Origin: Phoronis australis
Lineage: Eukaryota; Animalia; Phoronida
NCBI GenBank assembly: GCA_002633005.1
Contig: NMRA01000416.1
Coordinates: 272,018-336,017, forward strand
Reading direction: 5' to 3'
DNA length: 64,000 nucleotides
In this document: one piece after another, positions 62,635-64,000 of the stretch
How positions within the stretch are numbered: the stretch's first letter is position 1
How the letters are laid out: the number at the start of each line of letters is the position of its first letter
Notes under the pieces: generated by a model
What the model saw: only the letters and a program-made list of their open reading frames with translations
The model's database searches: none
What the model was told of the DNA's origin: nothing
Made by a program: the position numbers and the translations under genes

Positions 62635-64000
62635 CTTTTAGAAATTCCTTCAAAGAATGACCTTAATAAAATGAACTTTTCCCGAAACTGGATCATAATA
62701 AAACGAATCTTAGAACCTGCGCAAACGGATAGGTACAAGGTACGAGCCAAGCTCCCCGTCTCAAGTGAATCATAGCTGAGCTGACCAGCGACTAGCTTTA
62801 GTTCATCCAGTTTCGTAGTTTCACACTGTTAGATCTCAGTTAGTTACTTGAGGCAGCTCCCAGCTACCCGTCAGTGCTCTGGCCCTAGGCCCATTCTTTA
62901 ACTGTGTGTGCAACCTTGTTGGTTCAGTTATACTCAAATCTGATAGCTCCATCCTCCGATTGTATCCCCCCACCTATGGCGAACGTCCGGGTTTCGGTTC
63001 AAATATGGCGGCATCCGGAGGACGATGGGGGGTTGGGGGCGAAGGGGGGGTTGGGGGTCCGGAAGTGGTGGCGATAGGAAAGTGGGGCAATTTGGTGAAG
63101 TCGAACTGGTTTGTGCTCCACCATTTTAATTTTTACCTTTCTTCGGGCATGCTTAAATAAAAACGTTTCGTAAATTTCGGCTCTACTTGTGTTATCCTTA
63201 TTTTACGGTTAATTTATAAGTTTTTTAAAGTAGACGGGAATTGTGCGGAAACCACATTGCATATGGCGAAGTTGAGTGAATACGCAGAATGCATGAGTCA
63301 TCTGCCATTCATCACGGGGGCCATTTTAGGTGGTGGCAAACCATAATGGTAAAAAGTAAACTAAAATCGTATTGAATACAGATATGTTTGAAAATATTTG
63401 GAGTTGTGTTTAATGAGTACTATTTAGCTTACTTTTTAACTACACTAATTTGCGTTAAAATCCGTTTGATGAAAGTTTTAACTACAATGAAAGGGAACGA
63501 GTATCTTTAAGAAACCTTTTTGTTCCTTCTTATGTACATTTCATCAAAAATGACTGAACTTAGCCATTCTTCTACGTTGTGTTGAAATTTTGGAAAGTTG
63601 ATTGCAGCTGGGAATTTCGAAAAACTCCAAAACTTAACTCATGCCTTTTGTATGACAAAGTGACTTTCTTTGGGCAACAGTTTGGACATTTAAACTTTCA
63701 GCCGAGACTGCAATGAAACTTTTTTTGTTCACCTTGATTGGATTCTCGTTTGTTGGCGAAAAAATGATAGCCATTATCGGCCAATTTCGTAAAATTTCTA
63801 AAATTCATGACGTTTTCAAGAGAACAAAACTCAACAAATGTTGTATCATACATACTTAACTTCGGCACCGAAACCAGCCATTAAGTCGGGCAGAACTTGC
63901 AAAACCAGCTCTTCTGCGTCAATGCGCGTGGGCACTTTTATGCGTTCACGCGCCCAGAAATTTTGGTACTGTACTGGAGCGGCCATCGTGTACCATCTCT

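Noticed and set aside
62995-63070. YY1-like (ATATGGCGGC) and ETS-like (CCGGAAGTG) motifs as the deaminase promoter
   Set aside because: Such short motifs also occur inside TEs in this window, and no first exon or transcript evidence links them to the gene

Overview
AT-rich, intron-containing eukaryotic DNA, most likely from a marine invertebrate of lophotrochozoan type (inferred from the repeat families and gene types, not proven). Host genes: (1) a complete six-coding-exon BTB-BACK-Kelch (KLHL-type) gene on the minus strand, 20564 to 9459, about 610 aa, with all splice phases consistent; (2) two paralogous CD20/MS4A-like four-TM genes (37559-38245 and 47821-48468, +), each with a single coding exon; (3) the terminal coding exon of a probable zinc-dependent deaminase of the AID/APOBEC-like or toxin-deaminase fold (59584-59935, -), whose HxE-bearing exon I could not find. 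The rest is a dense, nested set of mobile DNA: TTAA-flanked Kolobok-type elements (two with THAP remnants), Helentron-like (HINE) elements carrying arrays of CTCF-like motifs, Harbinger-like and hAT-like MITEs, a Penelope GIY-YIG fragment, two LINE fragments, a solo LTR, tRNA-derived SINE heads and a 57-bp GC-rich minisatellite. There are no prokaryotic features or CRISPR arrays. All family assignments come from reading motifs by eye; no searches were run.
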